Of a stretch of 64,000 bases of DNA, positions 1-13,397 are shown piece by piece. Below the pieces are notes generated by a model that was not told where the DNA came from, did not search any database, and was given only the letters and a program-made list of their open reading frames with translations. How positions within the stretch are numbered: position 1 is the stretch's first letter; every line of letters starts with the position of its first letter. Made by a program: the position numbers and the translations under genes. Source of the stretch: Lingula anatina (taxonomy: Eukaryota; Animalia; Brachiopoda); assembly GCA_051362555.1 (NCBI GenBank), contig CM120640.1, positions 30,337,967 to 30,401,966 on the forward strand, read 5' to 3'.

Positions 1-929
1 CACAATTTCCAGGATTTGATAGTAGTAGCCTCTTACAGAATTATACTGGATCCATTATCATTTCTGCATTAAATAAAGACATTGCAGTTATAATCACTGG
101 GCCAGTTAAGATTCCCTTTTGCACTTGTACAATTAAAAAAACTGTCACAAGTGTTGCATTATGACAAAATTAACCTGCTCTTATGCCCAATAGGTATTAT
201 TTTGAAATGCCTTTTGTCTGCAACAACTGAAAATCACGAAAAAGATACTATTAGTTATTAGCATTAATCATCAAACCAAAGGGATAACACAGCGACATGT
301 TTTTATGTGTCAAAAACTGTGAGATCCTTAAAGGCTTTCTCTGGGCATAGTAAACTTTTAAGCAATTTAATGAATTTGCCAACTTAATCCATAAATTTAA
401 ATATTAATGCATTTCTTGAAAATAAATAAGAATACACATTACGTCTTTCTTAGAATTACATTTTTGGTATTTTAAATGTAACATCCAACTCTTACTTGTA
501 AATTAAAATATCTCAATTCTCATTATTATTATTATTATTTTGACAAAATTAAATTCCATATTCATACCAATATTTCTTAAAATCAGAATAAATATAGCCT
601 AAGCACTAAAAAGTCTTGTGGGAGATCTTTGGTGTTTTGTCCAATCCATATTCCAACAGGTGCTCCACTGCCTGAATAAAAAATAAAAAATGATAACAAA
701 ATTACTATTAATATACCAGGAAAAAAGGAACATCCCTACACAATGTTTTAATGTATATATACAAATGTGTCTATACAAAGTTAATTTTGTTGTTCAATAC
801 ATTATAGATAAGTTGTTGTTGTTGTTAATACTTCTATCATTATTATATTTATCAATTCTAACCAAATGTCATGATTTTCCATGTGACATTTAATGTTGTC
901 ATTTTATTGCACTTTGTTATGATTCTTAC

Positions 930-1306
930 CTTCTTACCCCTGTTGCTAATCATAATATCCAGATAACTGTCAATTACCTAAAACATAAAGCATGTAACAG
1001 TTATATATTTCATATTAAAAAAATCAAACAGCAGAAAGAGAGATTAACATCTTCATAGGTTGAGTACATAGTAATCAGTAACAAGGCAAATGCTGTAAGG
1101 CATAATTTGAGTCCATGTAGCTCATTTTAACAATAGATATAGATGTGATTCTTATATTTTACCTGTGTAACAAAACTGTTTACGTACTTTATCAGCAAGC
1201 ATCCCATTAAAAGATGTTATGCTATCATGTGTAATATGATGGGACTCGATGTTCTTTCCAAGTGTTATGTTGGTGCTTTGTGGAATGACAGCATCTTCAA
1301 TGATAA
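930..1306 (-). pseudogene. Two spliced exons (1306-1188, 977-930) resembling the N-terminal part of a Ulp1/SENP (peptidase C48) domain, probably TE-borne
   Basis: Canonical splice sites ttttaag|...|gtacgt and ttttag|...|gtaag join in phase 0 to give ..HITHDSITSFNGMLADK|VIDSYLDIMISNRGKK, similar to SENP TLxxxxWLNDE|IINFYMxLL. Downstream exons are decayed and no catalytic His/Cys was identified. Confidence 0.35.
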
Positions 1307-1559
1307 CTTAAAACTTTTATAATTTCAAAGTGGAGAAAACATTTGTTATATTTATAATATAAAAATATGATTGATTATGGTATTCATTTTAAAATAACAC
1401 TTATCTTACAAATTGCACCATTCCATAATACATTAAACTGTTCTCCTAACTCAAATGTACAGCAAGCAACTCAGAAAAAAATAATTAAAAATAAGAATAA
1501 AAATTATGGTCTGCAGTAATATGATTATTACAAAATCCGCAGATAAAATTGACCAACTT

Positions 1560-1930
1560 TGAATATCGGGTGTCAGTTTGTCACCATTGACCATGAAAAA
1601 CAACTAGATGGCTACACTTGTAGACTATGAAGAAGAAACTGAACTGGCAAACAATTTATGAACAGATAGAATTTAAAAAAGCAACTCTAGTTTTTAAATC
1701 ATTAAAAGGACATTCACCAAAATACATTAGGGACTTACTGGGTACATGTACCAGTACTACGACCATGGACCATGGACAGACAGAATCATCTGATTACGTA
1801 ATAAGGGAAATCTCTGGCAGACATAAAGACACAATTAAGGCCCAATATGGGCTTTGGATGAAATTGGAATTGCTTTAACTCTCAAATTAAAAACTCCAAA
1901 GACTTGGATACTTTAAAAATATTTTTAAAA
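1560..1930 (+). mobile_element. CR1/L2-group LINE 3' fragment
   Basis: ORF 1627-1878 LNWQTIYEQIEFKKATLVFKSLKGHSPKYIRDLL matches the typical L2/CR1 C-terminal LxWLPIxxRIxYKxxxLVYKxLxGxAPxYLxDLL. Mirror copy at ~31225-31940. Confidence 0.6.
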
Positions 1931-1969
1931 AATCAAAAGTATAAAGTATAAATCTATTATATATATATA

Positions 1970-1976
<7 letters not shown>

Positions 1977-2016
<40 letters not shown>

Positions 2017-2018
2017 TG
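1977..2018. repeat. (TG)n microsatellite
   Basis: Direct observation. Confidence 0.95.
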
Positions 2019-5000
2019 TAAGATAAATGTATACACATACCGTATCAAGCTAAACGTGCAAAGAATTCTTTGTCCAAGTGGAAATTAACTAACACCAGTC
2101 TTGCAACTTCAAAAATAAAAGTGATCACTAGATTTATCTCTATCTTTCGCACGCACGTGCACACACACACACACACACACTCACATGAAAACACTTAAAC
2201 ATAAATCTAAAGAGCGACCTTCATTGCTGTTAAATTTACAGGCTATATTCAGGTTAATGTCTACGTCATCATATTGTGAGTGGGAAAACAGTGCACCAAA
2301 TGGTATAAAAAATAACTACTTCTCACACGAAGCCCTCTATTGGCAAAATCCCCTAGCCAATCTTATAATATGCTAACCGTTCAACATAATGAGAATGAAC
2401 ACAAACAAAAAGAGTGAAAAGGAAGTTGTACACAGTCATCACAATATATATATACAAACACATTCAATAACAATACAGAATAGATACAGCAAACATAAAA
2501 TAAACAAACACAAAAGCATACAGTTACAAAACCATCATGCACAGTAGTAATAATGAATATAAACAGAATGACAATCTGACATACACAGTGATCAAAATAT
2601 TAACATATACAGTGATAATAGTAGCATGCATCACAATGAGAATGAAAACAAGGAAAAAGAGTGAAAACATAGCTGTAAAAAGTCATCACAATATATATAA
2701 AAACATTCAGTAACAATACAGAATAGACACAGCAGACAGAATATAAACAGATACAAAGAGATACATAAGATAAATAAACAAACAGGGATACAGTGACAAC
2801 ACAATCATGTAGAGTAATAGTAAAGATTACAAACAAATAGACTGACAAAATTGACATATACAGTGCTCACAATAAATACAAACACGAACAGTGACAACAC
2901 AAACATGCACAGTAATCAAAATAAAAGAGTGAAGACAAAGTCATACACAGTCATCACAATATATACAAACACATTCAGTAACAATACAGAATAGACACAG
3001 CAAACAGAATATGAACAGACACATAGACGTACAGTGACAATTTTACACCGTCATGCAGAGTAATAGTAATGATTACAAACAAATAGAGTGACAAAACTGA
3101 CATACACAATACTCACAATAAATAGAAACATCAACAGTAACAACACCAAAAAACACAGTAATCAAAATAAATACAAATAAACACAGTCCCAGTACAGACA
3201 TACACAGTAATTAGAAACAAATTTCACATGTACAGTGACAACAGTAATGTTCAACGTAATGAGAATAAACACAAGGAAAAAGAGTGAAAACGAAATCGTA
3301 CACAGTCATCTCAATATGAACAAACACATTCAGTAATAATACAGAATAGACATAGCAAACAATATAAACAGACATATAGATATACAGTGACAACAACATC
3401 ATGCAGAGTAATAATAATGAATAAAAAAGAAATAAGAGTGACAAAACTGACGTACATAGTGCTCACAATAAATACAAACACAAACAGTAACGACACCAAC
3501 AAACACAGTAATCAAAATAAATACAAACAAATAGTCAAAATACAGACATACACAGTGATTAAATAAAATTTGAAATGTATAGTGACAACAGTTACGTTCA
3601 CCATAATGAAAATAAACACAAGGAAAAAGAGTAAAAAACATAGCCGTACACAGTCATCACAATGTATACAAACACATTCAGTAACAATACAAAATAGACA
3701 CAGCAGCAGAATATAAACAGACACACACACATATAGTAAATAACATCATCATGCAGAGTAAAAGTAAAGATTATAAACAAATAGAGTGAGAAAACAAATA
3801 GACACAGTGGTCACCATAAATACAAACACGAACAGTGACAATTCAAATTAAATACAAACAAATTAAAGCAATCAAATTAAATACAAACAAACACAGTCAA
3901 AATATAAACATACACAGTGATCATAATAAATATTGATGTTTACAGTGACAAGAGTAATGTTCACCGTAATGAGAATGATCAAAAGGAAAAAGAGTGAAAA
4001 CAAAGTTGTAGAGAGTCATCACAATATATACAAATACATTCAGTAACAATACAGAATAGACACAGCAAATATAAGATAAACAAACACACAGGCATATAGT
4101 GACAACACCATCGTGCAGAGTAATAATAATTATTACGAAGAAATAGAGTTACAAAATGACCTACACAGTGATTAAAATAAATATTAACATGTACAGTGAT
4201 AATAGTAGCATGAACTGCAATGAGAATGAACACAAGGAAAAAGAGTGAAAACATAGCAGTAAATATATAGTCATCACAATATACATAAACACATTCAGTA
4301 ACAATACAGAATAGACACAGCAGACATTATAAACAGACACATAGATATACATAAGATAAACAAACACACAGGGATACACACTTACAACACAATCATGCAG
4401 AGAAATAGTAAAGATTACAAACAAATAGTGACAAAACTGACATACACAGTGCTCACAATAAATACAAACAGGGACAGTGACAACACAAACATGCACAGTA
4501 ATAAAAAAAAATAAAAACAAGCACAGTCAAAATACAGACATACACAGTGATTGGAAAAAATTTGAAGTGTACAGTGACAACTGAAAGTTCACCATAATTA
4601 GAATGAACACAAGGAAAAAGAGTGAAAACGAAGTCGTATACAGTCATCACAATATATACAAACACATTCAGTAACAATATACACAGAATAGACACAGTAA
4701 CCAGAATATAAACAGACACATACAGTGACAACACCATCATGCAGAGTAATAGTAATGATTACAAAAAAATAGAGTGACAAACCTGACATACACAGTGATC
4801 ACAATAAATACAAACAACAACATTAACAACACCAACAAACACAGTAATCAAAATAAATACAAACAAACACCATCAAAATACAGACAAACACAGTAATTAG
4901 AAAAAAATTTCACATGTACAGTGACAACAATAACGTTCACGGTAATGAGAATGAACACAAGGAAAAAGAGTAAAAACATAGACATGTGCACAATAATCAA

Positions 5001-5669
5001 AATAAATACAAACAAACAGTCACAATACAGACATACACAGTGATCAGAATAAATTTTAACATGTACAGTGTTTATGCTCAATATATGTTTATTATGTTCA
5101 ATATTTGTAATATTTGTTTACATTTTTGTTAAGTGCAATTTAACAATGCTCAGTATTTGAAACGAAAATCATTACAAAATACAACTAATGTATTCCTTAT
5201 TGTATTTGAAACCTCACTTGTTCTGTTCATGCTCGACATATATTTATTATAATCAGTATTTGTGCTCTTGATACTTGTGCCAAAGTGAATGTTATTATAA
5301 CTCCACATAAAATTCAATGCAGTATTTCTGCTAAACATGTATTTTGACACTGAGAAAATCAAATTGAATCTGTGCCAAACAGGTGTCCATTGCATTTTGT
5401 CATAATAATAATCCTTATTTATCTAATGTTGATTACACTAATGAACTGCATATCTGGTTAATTTTATAGCAGCTTTTTATTTACTTTTTTATTTTCACAG
5501 TAGGTTGCATTGTATATACTCTTGTTAATAATGCACCTGCTCTATGTAAAGTATATATCATTTTCCACATTTTTGTTCAATATATTTGATGTTGAATAGG
5601 ACATTTACATGATAGTATTTTCATTACTGCAACAAAATTTGAGAAAAAGTTTTAAGCATAAAAGTGCAA

Positions 5670-5910
5670 TTATTTCATCTGTGAACAAATTGTACAAAAC
5701 TACAGGACATCCTCATCATTTGCTTCTTCAGAGTCCTTGTCAATTTCAACACAAGTCCAGTGAAACCACTTATCACACATTAAACACAATATGCTATATG
5801 CTTCTTTATCTTCAGCATTTTCTATACATTTACTCTTGCAAATTTTACATATGTACACTGGGGTTTTTCTGGTTTTTGTTTTCACAGACTTCTTTGCTTT
5901 TACTTCTGTA
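5670..5910 (-). pseudogene. PHD finger exon with premature stop
   Basis: YICKICKSKC..SILCLMCDKWFHWTC..DVL*FCTICSQMK* gives a full C4HC3 pattern with the conserved Trp changed to TAG (5700-5702). Acceptor tttctaccag lies at ~5911. Confidence 0.75.
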
Positions 5911-6413
5911 CTGGTAGAAACTAGTGCCCTGTCATGATTGTTGGATTCGATTCTGCTTTTCAAAATACGCCTAGATATCAACTCACCTACGGTAAGTCTA
6001 TTTAACCCTCTAATTCCACATCACCGTCTAGTGACGTAATAGGCTCAACATGAGACATTCAAATGTGGTCCAGACACAACACCTTACCAGGTTTTTTGAA
6101 ACCAGCAAATTAAAGGCACAAACACTATGTGTTTAATTAAATCAACATGTATTAACTGCAAAGAACAATAAACTTGTTTATCAAACAACTTGTAACAGCA
6201 TATTCAATGCAAAGTAGAAATTCGATCTGCACAATTTGCAGGAAACAGCTCTTAATGCACAAGTTGCAGTTATAAACAGCATATTTAAATGCTCAAAAGA
6301 ACTCCATCTGGACAAATTGCAGGTAACAACTGTAACTGCACAAGTTGCAGCTTAAAAAGGTAAATCAAATAAAAAGTTCATAAAACAGCTCCCTATAAAT
6401 CTGAATGTCCATG

Positions 6414-7510
6414 TCAGACACCTGTGCCAGACAAAATTGCATCTGCAAACTGGCCCTGTTGAATATCTTTATCATAATATTTAGCAAATGTGCAATCTTT
6501 AGACCAGCCTGCCATCTTCAAAATAGTGTCTAATGGCACTTTAGCAAGTTTTGCTTGTGAAGATGCTGCCCTGCGTGTGCTGTGTGGAGTAAATATCTCC
6601 ATGTCTATACCAGCCATATTCATAGTTTGCTTAATCCATCTAGATATGGTAGATTTGGCTGCTGCCTTAAATAGCTTTACAGATGTTAAAAACAATCTTG
6701 TGATATTTCCGGGGCCGTAGCAATAGTCCGAAGGTTCAATAGTCCGAAGGTTCATTGGTCCGAATATTCACTATAGAACCTTCGGACCAATGAACCCTTG
6801 ATTAAAAAATCGATGAAAATGTTACCACTTTTCGGACCAATGAACCTTCGGACCAATGAACCTTCGGACTATCGAGATGCCCCCATATTTCCTCTTAAAT
6901 GTTTGACTCTGTCCATGTATTCCATTAAGACAGTACATAAACATAATCGTCTATCTGGTGCATATGCTGTCACTGTTATTTCACCAATGTGGTGACCTGG
7001 TCTTCACTGCCTCAGTAAATCACCATATCTAAATGTGACTTTAGACTTATTAATTGTGATGTTCCGAATGTCAATTAGATGCAACGATTGGGTTCTTTGA
7101 CCTGTCAATAAAATAGTCAATGTCACTGCTTTCTTGCTCAGTTGTGAAAGATTAAGTTTTTTCACTGGTGAAAGTTTTTTGAGGTAATTCAAAAGCAAAC
7201 TTGTGTCCCATATCATATTGTTCCTTGGTAATGCAGGTCTAGAAGTAAAAACTCCTCTCATCAGTCTAACCACATGAGGATGAGCACCTGCTGGACACTT
7301 ATCCACCATAATAAAAGTTGAAAGTGCTGATCTTGCTGTATTTAGAGCAGAATATCAAGTCCCATATCAAAGCAATGGGCTAAAAAATTTACAACATCAG
7401 TTACATTTGGTGACAAGGTATTAATGTTCCTCTCACTACAATATTGAATCCATCTGGAAATGTAAAATTCGTATTGCTTGACAGTTGTATCTCTCCATGA
7501 GGACATGACC
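6414..7510 (-). pseudogene. DIRS tyrosine recombinase (frameshifted, interrupted by a MITE)
   Basis: MSSWRDTTVKQY; GAHPHVVRLMRGVFTSRP; LTGQRTQSL; FTPHSTRRAASS..ILKMAGWSKDCTFAKYYDK. Confidence 0.92.
6711..6884. mobile_element. 174-bp foldback MITE built from 16-bp subrepeats, 8-bp TSD
   Basis: GGGG...CCCC ends; AATAGTCCGAAGGTTC repeats and their inverses; ATATTTCC duplicated at 6703-6710 and 6885-6892. Confidence 0.88.
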
Positions 7511-7599
7511 AATTTGACAGCTGTTGGCAAAAATGCCCTGTCTTCGAAACTTTTCCTGACAATACACAAGCCATTAGCTTTAACTTTGGAAGATGATTG

Positions 7600-7940
7600 G
7601 CCATGTTTTTGTGTGGGTGCCACAGCAATTCTTGATTCCTGGGAAGTAAAAAAGGACAAGATATTAACATATGGCTCAATTTACAAGCTGCATGAAATTA
7701 ACCATACTTGAGTTGTCCAATATGGCACTACCACTATGTTACTATCCACTTGATCAAACTCAATTTTGCTTAACATCTTTCCTATTAAAGAAAAAGGTGG
7801 AAATGTATAAGCATTCATCTGTGACCAGTCAATAGACAAGGCATCCGTTGTCATAGCAAACAGATCAGGTTTCCATGATACATATTTAGGTAATTGATTA
7901 TTCAGCCTTGAAGCAAACAAATCCGTTTCTGGTAGATAAA
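7600..7940 (-). pseudogene. DIRS DAM-like methyltransferase domain
   Basis: DLFASRLNNQLPKYVSWKPD..DALSIDW..YTFPPFSLI..VVPYWTTQVW. Confidence 0.85.
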
Positions 7941-7949
7941 ACTGCTTAG

Positions 7950-8591
7950 TTATATATCTTTAAATACTGTTGGGTGCAACTTCCATTCAAGATTATCATG
8001 ATCAAGTCTACTTTCTTTATCAGCTTTTACATTATTTTCTGATTCAATATATGCAACTGATAACCATATATTTTTTCCCTTGCACCATAACCAAATTTTT
8101 CTGGCCAAGTTATTTAGCGAGGGTATTTTCCCTCCCATTCGAGCAATATATGACAAAGCAGTTATATTATCTATACACATTTTAATGTGAATATTTGTTT
8201 CATCTTGTGCAAAGCATTTTAGAGCAAACCATGCAGCTAATAGTTCAAGATAATTAATGTGAAAAGCACTTTCAACTGCTGACCAGTTCCCTCCTGATGT
8301 GATGCCCTTGCATGCTCCCCCCCCCCCCCATCCTTTTTCTGATGCATCAGAATAAATAACTAATGAAGGGTTTCCATGTGAAATCAACTTAAAACTTGAA
8401 TGGATATTTTCTATCCACCAAGTCAAGTCTAGTTTCAAGGCATCATCACTGGCAATCTGCAATTTTGCTTGAAAATCTCCTTTACTAGCTTTCAAAGCTT
8501 GATTTTTTCTCATATCCAGTGACCTATAATAAAGAGGCCCATATTCTACACCAGGAAAAGATGCTACCAATAATCCTACTACTTTTGCCAA
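7950..8591 (-). pseudogene. DIRS RNase H
   Basis: YSDASEKGWG, HINYLELLAA, IDNITAL, NVKADKESR. Confidence 0.92.
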
Positions 8592-8618
8592 TTGCAGAAT
8601 AGTAATACAGTCCTGCTG

Positions 8619-9215
8619 TTAGAGGTTGGTACATGCAGAAAATATTTTATCTGCTTGTCTCTTGTTTAAAGACACTCTCATTTTTACAGAATCCAATGTA
8701 AAGCCTAAAAAATCCAACTTTTGCGTTGGTTCTAAAACAGACTTAGTTGGATGCACAGTAAACCCTGCTTGAGTAGAAACTTTAACTGTTTGCATCACAT
8801 TCTCTCTGCAATCTTGCAAAGATTCCCCAACTAAGAGACTGTCATCAATGTATGGACAATTCATGTGACCTAATTTTCTCAAACAGGAAAAAATTGGTTT
8901 AGTAACTTTAGTAAAAACATGTGGTCCACTTGCCAAGCCATTTGGTAAAACCTGAAACTCATACAAGTTCCCATCAAATTCAAATCTTAACAGTCTCTTG
9001 TGTTCATCACAAACTGCCAGACAATAATAAGCATCTTTCCAATCAATGGTTGACATGAAACACTGATGTGTCATAAGATTAATGGCTGACTGCAAACTAG
9101 ACATCTTAAAATGATGATATACAACAGAAGCATTAAGTTTCCTCAGATTTAAAATCAATCTGAACTTTCCATCCTTTTTCTCTCTTAAGAAAATATTGGA
9201 AATAAATTCACCTGC
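8619..9215 (-). pseudogene. DIRS reverse transcriptase
   Basis: KKDGKFRLILNLRKLN, HFKM, IDWKDAYY, LPNGLASGPHVFTK, YIDD. Confidence 0.93.
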
Positions 9216-9220
9216 ACAGT

Positions 9221-9790
9221 TGTTGTGAACCGTCTAAAATGACTTTAACTTTAATTTATAACTGTACTGAATTCTAGTGTATCAATTTCCATTAACGAAT
9301 TAACTAATCTATGGGCTCCGACATGACTCCAGATTCGACTCAGTCTTTCACTTTACGTGCACAGAGAAGCATAACAGAACAACCTCACATCTTCAGTCTC
9401 AGATCAAAAGTGTCTTTATTATGGACAAGTTTCAAGTTATATACAGATTATCTACAGGGAATCTATGTGTACATGTGGCTGCTTCTTATTTACATACGTG
9501 TACATGTGGCTGCTACTTATTTACATACTAATTGTTGTGCAATATTAACAGGTGATATGCATCTGTCTCAAGCATAGGCCTACCTATGGGCCTTTACAGA
9601 AAATAATATTTAAATGTATACAGGACAGACGCAAATTAGATAATAACATGTTGATTAACTATGACTACACAATGTGGAATTTATGCAGGATTCCGTACTT
9701 TGCCCGATGCTCTGGGTTTATTACCTTGGAGCTGTCTGAATTCAAAAGCATAATAAAATCATATTTTTAGTTTCTATTGACAACATATAA
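9221..9790 (-). mobile_element. Possible LTR remnant truncating the DIRS element
   Basis: Abrupt junction at TGTTGTGAAC (CA end on minus strand), minus-strand AATAAA at ~9415, internal ~30-bp duplication. No TSD found. Confidence 0.3.
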
Positions 9791-9984
9791 CGTCAGCTTC
9801 ACAGATTGTACTATATAGTTTGTTGTATATAATAAACTAAAAACATTCTATAATATTTAAAATATAATATTTTTATGGCAGTTCTGGTACTGTATACATA
9901 GATCAAATAATTTCCATTGCTTATTTGACTGATGATATGAAGTAGGGAATTTAATAAGTTGACCAATCGTTAATACCTATATTT

Positions 9985-10540
9985 GCCATAGAGGGAGACT
10001 TCCAAGCCATATCTTGAATCCGCTTTGGGGTCAGGATGGCCTTCGACTGCTTTGGTGCTCGCCAAACATATTCTTTGGATGTGCTAGCTGGCTGGCATAG
10101 CCCAGATCTCCATCCATACTCCACTTAAAACAAAATGGCAGCCACATGATTACATGCCTCTCCAAGTCCAGCAAAGCATGTGCAATAGGCCCTCAATATT
10201 TTGCCATCCTTACTGCTAGCAATCCAGGCCTGGTGTGGTGGGTCATTTAGCCTTTGAGAGGGAGTGACATTTGCTCTTAATAGTATAATGGAAGAATTTG
10301 GGACATTAAAATGTTTCACTTCAAACACCCAGTTGGAGGAAAATATGAATAAGCTTTCTGCTCTTTATAGTCCCTCAACAGATGTGTTCTTAAACTGGCA
10401 TTTGATATTGCAACATTATGTTCTTTTAAAAATTCTGAAATGTCATAGATTGTGATGGGAGGCCATAGCTCGATGCTCTTTGGTTCTCCTGTCCATGAAT
10501 CCACCATGAATGGGTCCGGAATCCTGATATCATCTATGAC
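9985..10540 (-). pseudogene. SWIM zinc-finger protein remnant (SWIM-YqaJ-PHD type accessory gene of Kolobok-like DNA transposons)
   Basis: DPF..WPPITIYDISEFL..KAYSYF then VTPSQRLNDPPHQAWI..AYCTCFAGLGEACNHVAAILF (CxC-x7-CxH). Contains a frameshift and a stop. A PHD exon lies downstream on the same strand beyond the DIRS. Confidence 0.75.
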
Positions 10541-11221
10541 TACCAGGGATTGATATGTCCTACTAATTTCTTCAGCTCTTTCAGTGGCACTTTTTCTGGA
10601 TTTAAATTTAATTTAATGAAGATTTTTTAGAAATTAAAATAATTGTGAATCTTGGATTGGGTGAAAAAACTGCCTTGACTCCAGGAATAAGGTGGAAAGT
10701 TCTTTCACAGGACTGGTAATAATTTTCTTGACATTAATCATTTGACAATTCATATAAAACACATTTATGATTGTTTAAATTTAATATTATAATATCTATA
10801 TAAAAAGTTTCTTTGAGATGTCTTTTTATATTATTTTTCCATTCACATCACATTTAGTTGGTTGAAGGTATTTGTTCAGTGTAATGTTATGAATTAATTA
10901 AACAGTTTAAAATATATCACTAATCTTTTTGTTTCAACCGCAACACAGGCAGATCAAGTCCTCTGAAGAATTCATCCATTAATCAGTTTGTTAATTTTTC
11001 AGTTATACCTTGCAGTCTGCAGATTTCAGATGCTTAAGATATTTCATCAGGACATTGATCTGCCTGTGCATCAGACATGTTTTTACAGTGCCCTACTACG
11101 TATGTGATTCTGGATAAAATTATTTTGCCTTTGGTTCAATGATGTAAATCACTGTGCCCCTGGTTTTAGGTTGGGTCATTAATCATTGTGCAAATTGCAG
11201 ATACCTCGGTGACCAGATGGC

Positions 11222-11567
11222 CTACCATTGGCCCAATGTCAATGCAATGTTGGTTTGAGGTTGGGTAATCGTTGGACCAATGTTGATTATTAGTAGAACC
11301 AACGTAAATACGCTGTTGGTTACAGGTTGGGTAATTGTTGGGCCAATGTTGAATATTAGTTGGCCCAATGTAGGGCCAACGTAGTTTGGTTGGGAATACG
11401 TTGGCAATGCATTAGCATTGAAATTGATTAACGTTGGCCAAATACGTTCAGCCAACCGTTGGCCAAAGTGAGCCTTTAGATGGAAACCCAACGTTGGGCC
11501 AACGTATGCATGGTCAACCAATGCAACGTTGGGCCAACATTTGCCCAACGTTTGCATGCTATCTGGG
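11222..11567 (-). mobile_element. DNA-transposon end (CCCAGATAGCA terminus) with CCAACGTTGG subterminal repeats, EnSpm/CACTA-like
   Basis: Many palindromic CCAACGTTGG variants ending TGCTATCTGGG. The same 11-bp terminus occurs at 51680. Confidence 0.65.
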
Positions 11568-12602
11568 ACAGCAAACAGAATATAAACAGACACATAGACA
11601 TACAGTGACAACACCATCATGCAGAGTAATGGTAATGATTACAAACAAAAAGAGTTACAAAACTGACATACACAGTGCTCACAATAAGTACAAACACGAA
11701 CAGTGACAACACAAACATGCACATTATTCAAAATAAATTAAAACAAAATACAGACATACACAGTGATTAGAAAAAATTTCACATGTACAGTGACAACAGT
11801 AACATTCACTGTAATAAAAATGAACACAAAGAAGAAGAGTGAAAACACAGACATACATAGTTATCTAAATATGTACAAACTCATTCAGTAAAAATGCAGA
11901 ATAGACACAGCAAAAAGAATATAAATAGACACATAGACATACAGTTATAACACCATCATGCAGAGTAATAGTAATGATTACAAACAAATAGAATGACAAA
12001 ATTGACAAACACAGTGCTTATATTAAATACAAACACAAACAGTAACAACACCAACAAACACAGTAATCAATATAAATACAAACAAACAAACACAGTCACA
12101 AAACAGACATACATAGTGATTAGAAAAAATTTCACATGTACAGTGACAACAGTAACATTCACTGTAATGAAAATGAACACAAGGAAAAAGAGTGAAAACA
12201 CAGACATACATAGTTATCTCAATATGTACAAACTCATTCAGTAATAATACAGAATAGACACAGCAACAAAACAGAATATAAACAGACACATAGACATACA
12301 GTTACAACACCATCATGCAGAGTAATAGTAATGATTACAAACAAATAGTGACAAAATTAACATACACAGTGCTCATAATAAATACAAACACAAACAGTAA
12401 CAACACCAACAAACACAGTAATCAAAATAAATACAAACAAACACAGCAACAAAACAGACATATACAGTGATTACAAAAAAAATTTCACATGTAGAGTGAC
12501 AACCGTAATGTTCAATGTAATGAGAATAAACACAAAGAAAAATAGTGAAAACGAAGTCGTACACAGTCATCTCAATATGAACAAACACATTCAGTAATAA
12601 TA

Positions 12603-13397
12603 CTTAAAGCATTCTCCTGTCAAAAGACAACAGGTCGTGCCGTGTTTTATTTTGTGTAAAGTCACGTCATCCACGAATGCGTTCCATGCACCAGTGCACA
12701 GGCTTAATTAATTGTGCTTTAAGCCAGATAAAGCACTCGGCGCTGAGCTTTACGAGAAATAGAGCAGATAACTGCCTCTTTGCAACCCCACAAATGAAAA
12801 TATTTGCACTATTTGTTTTGATATTTATTTTTAAGAGATAACATTACGTAATTTTAACTAATTAACATTATTTAATGCTATACAATATCTAACACCATTC
12901 TTTAATAGAGGGACCTTTCAATAAAAGCGGCTGCTACCGGCCAAATTTCGAACACTATTTATCTGTGTTTGTCATTTACTTATCCTTTGGCTTGGATTAA
13001 TATTTAAGTTTAGTTTAGTTTAGTTTATCTCACTGTAACATATGAAAATGAAAATATGAATACGATTTTTGTGAATATGATATTAATGAGGAGACATAAA
13101 GAGCAGATAACTGCTCTATTCCTCCTGAAGCTCAGCGCCTGGTACTTTATCTATACCTTAAAGCACCCTCCTGTCAAAAGACAATAGGTCGCGCCATGCT
13201 TTATTTCGTGAAAAGTCACATCATCCACAAATGCGTTCCACGCACAGTGTACAGGGTTAATTAATCGTGCTTTAAGCCAGATAAAGCACTCAGTGCCAAG
13301 CTTTAAGAGAAATAGAGCAGATAATTGTCTCGGCTTCGCCTTGCCAATTATCTGCTCTATTTCTCGTAAAGCTCAGTGCCTTGTACTTTATCTATAC
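12603..13397. mobile_element. Head-to-tail dimer of a Crypton-like non-autonomous double-hairpin element
   Basis: Copies at 12603-13156 (with internal insert) and 13157-13397. Structure CTTAAAGCA..TGCTTTAAG-CC-AGATAAAG..(GGCTTCGCC loop)..CTTTATCTATAC. No clear TSD. Confidence 0.6.

Larger units (their letters stand above)
1..2377 (-). mobile_element. Second (inverted) copy of the left part of the Mutator-like element at 29048-36815, running off the window start
   Basis: 1-2377 is the reverse complement of ~29048-33110 (e.g. GGATTTGATAGTAGTAGCCTCTTACAG near 12 vs CTGTAAGAGGCTACTACTATCAAATCC near 33073). It ends in the same TIR module (..GGCAAAATCCCCTAGCCAATCTTATAATA) next to satellite. Confidence 0.85.
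5925..9220 (-). mobile_element. DIRS1-like tyrosine-recombinase retrotransposon, 5'-truncated and degenerate
   Basis: Domain order RT - RNase H - DAM-like methyltransferase - YR. The 3' non-coding region has a DIRS-like TTAAATAGACTTACCGTAGGT motif. gag is missing. Confidence 0.93.

Noticed and set aside
7600-7940. Adenine methyltransferase as a bacterial or phage horizontal transfer
   Set aside because: A DAM-like domain after RNase H is a standard part of DIRS1-like pol.
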